Part shown: piece after piece, positions 62,088-64,000 of the stretch
Layout of the letters: each line of letters starts with the position of its first letter
How positions within the stretch are numbered: position 1 is the stretch's first letter
From: Epithemia pelagica
Lineage: Eukaryota > Protista > Bacillariophyta
NCBI GenBank assembly: GCA_946965045.2
Contig: OX337240.1
Coordinates: 1,488,001-1,552,000, forward strand
DNA: 64,000 nt
Reading direction: 5' to 3'
The notes under the pieces: model-generated
What the model was told of the DNA's origin: nothing
Seen by the model: the letters and a program-made list of their open reading frames with translations, nothing else
The model's database searches: none
Program-made: the position numbers and the translations under genes

Positions 62088-62888
62088 TCAAGCCGCAGGA
62101 GGCGGTAGTCCAGCCAGCATACTCTCATTGTAGTTGACATTGTTGCTGAATACCGAAAGATCCTCATGAGAGTTTGTGAGTCGCTCCATGCGTTGGTGTT
62201 CCTCCAATAGGACCTTCATTTGACCCAGCCGAAAGAGTGTTTCCTCAGTTTCCCACAGCAGACAGTAGACATGACCCGTGTTGTTCAAAAGTGCAAGCTC
62301 GAGCAATCGACTTGGATGCTGGCACTCCTGCACTAAATCCTGGAGGTAGTTGTTCGCCATTTCATAGGCAAAGAGACACTTCTCGAGTTCATGACTCCAT
62401 ATCATTGGGTCTCTTGAGGCCAGACCAGACAAACGAAAGCACAAAGCAAGATTGTAGTAAAGGACACAGAGTATCAGGCTGATATCTGTGTCAGAAAGAA
62501 GATAGGAGTGACCAGTAGGCACAATTGAAAATGCCTTATCGAACATTGCGAAAGACGAATCTTGTTTGGATCCAACCACAAAAGTTGTTGTCGGAGGAAC
62601 AACAGCGACACTTTCCACTCTGACGGAGTCCTGGATATGAGTTGGCTTGTCTTGGTCATCTTCTCTTATCCCCTCGAGGTACACAATGCATTGGTCTAAA
62701 AGATCCTCGGCTGTATCGAAAACCTTGAATCGCATAAGACGAAGTGCTTTCATGTTCATGGCCGCAAAGAACGAAGGTGAGGTCCACATTCTTGAGTCTA
62801 TCAATGGGCAATCAATCCTCATTCCTGTCTTTTGAACCATTTTGGAGAGAGCAGGAGCTTGGATGCACCTCAAGAATGGATACATCAT
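62088..62888 (-). CDS. Uncharacterised helical-repeat (TPR-like) protein of a diatom-type family
   Basis: 266-aa ORF; ILCVLYYNLALCFRLSG, LEKCLFAYEMA, LELALLNNTGHVY. Confidence 0.65.
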   Translation of the reverse strand: MMYPFLRCIQAPALSKMVQKTGMRIDCPLIDSRMWTSPSFFAAMNMKALRLMRFKVFDTAEDLLDQCIVYLEGIREDDQDKPTHIQDSVRVESVAVVPPTTTFVVGSKQDSSFAMFDKAFSIVPTGHSYLLSDTDISLILCVLYYNLALCFRLSGLASRDPMIWSHELEKCLFAYEMANNYLQDLVQECQHPSRLLELALLNNTGHVYCLLWETEETLFRLGQMKVLLEEHQRMERLTNSHEDLSVFSNNVNYNESMLAGLPPPAA

Positions 62889-64000
62889 ATCGGCTGCCTC
62901 AAAAAGGCGAGGTCATGGTCCTCAGCCTGCAAATAGTTAAGGCTGTAGAATTCTCAGGAACAAAGGACGAAAAACGAAAAAGAGACGCAAAGAGCAAACA
63001 GAAATCCACCGATAGAAAAACCCGGATCCCCAATTAAGCGACACTGCAGCTAACCTAACATGTCCGAGACATAACTGCTATGGCTTTGTTGCTGCCGTAT
63101 ATATTATTATCTACTCATATTGTAAGAGGTCAGAGGTCATCAGAGGACATGTTGTCCCGTTGTCCCTTTTTCTGTTGTTGCGTTATAATTATAATATTAT
63201 GTTTGTTGTAAACTCGTACTTCTTTTTCCTCTCCTCTTCGACGATGGAAGCTGCTCGTGATTCATGACTTTTGGGTATCGACATTATTTCATGTCTGATG
63301 CCATGCTTTCTCTCCGATTCCTTAGTTGTCGTACTTGAACCGAGAAGACAAGAGGAAATTGATCCCTGCAACCTGCAACGCTGAACGAGGAGCTTACGTT
63401 TTGCGTTGAGCGATTGACGGGTTTCCTGTCTGTCTTCGTGTCCAATCTTTTTTCATCCTCGGACAGCCCAACACAATCAATCAATCCAAAAAGCATTCCA
63501 ACCAAGCTAACTGTTGACCTTTCTCTGACAGATACCTGGTGTGGAAGAGCGCGAAACAAGGAATGGCCTGAAGTGTTATTCATCAGAAGGGTGGATCAAT
63601 GGCATGTAAATTTACTCCTATGAGCTTTTGGATTGAACTAGGTTGGTAGGTAGGCGCAATTACCAGGCGTTTCCATGATCATGCAAACGGCATACTAGTA
63701 ATACTTGGCGAGTTAAGGGATTGCAGGAGAGATTACTTTCATGTTTGTGCTCCATCTCGCATCTACCTACACCATCGCAAATGCTGCTAGGAGTAGGTAG
63801 GAGTACCTAGTGCTAGCGCAGGCTACCCACCTGTTTCTTTTCGGGGGTCATCCCCAAAATTTTCCAATGCGTACAGTCGCAGGGGGAGCGAGGACTACCT
63901 CATCAGGACGTAGAGGTCCGGGTAGATAATAGTTACTCCTAATCGCAAACTCGGTTAAGACGATGCTTCTATTGCTCGAACTGCTCCTGGATGAACGAAA

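Overview
This is eukaryotic genomic DNA, most likely from a pennate diatom. The basis is CoDi-type Ty1/copia elements, ~95-160 nt GT-AG introns, bipartite-like targeting peptides and diatom-type gene families; the taxon is an inference. The window holds about 20 protein-coding loci, including ELF1, a GT10 fucosyltransferase, an F-box kinase, TRAPPC8, HGD, a histidine phosphatase, a GLTP-domain protein, RUS1, a mitochondrial carrier, an ATD/DTD2-like deacylase, a PhyH dioxygenase and an SNase-like nuclease. It also carries two Ty1/copia retrotransposons: a chromodomain-integrase element cut by the left edge, and an intact, very young 7.1-kb element at 50623-57721 with 167-bp LTRs (one mismatch) and a CTAGC TSD. 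Other accessory features are an 889-bp MITE-like element and several singly broken genes (VWA-alpha-kinase, Crinkler-like NTPase-REase, a decayed tandem paralog). The most notable observations are: (1) both copia elements have gag and pol in the same frame separated by a UGA, and in the intact element a GC-rich hairpin follows the UGA and a membrane-helix-bearing spacer precedes the protease, suggesting recoding; (2) seven copies of an unrecognised C2HC zinc-finger repeat (FACLGxxC...W...H-x3-C) across three ORFs; (3) an ATD-type tRNA deacylase with an inserted CysRS-C-terminal-like module; (4) an F-box kinase with a WNK-like lysine arrangement; (5) a 42-bp inverted repeat pair bracketing the retrotransposon. 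No rRNA, tRNA or CRISPR arrays were recognised. All family assignments come from motif recognition by eye, not database searches.
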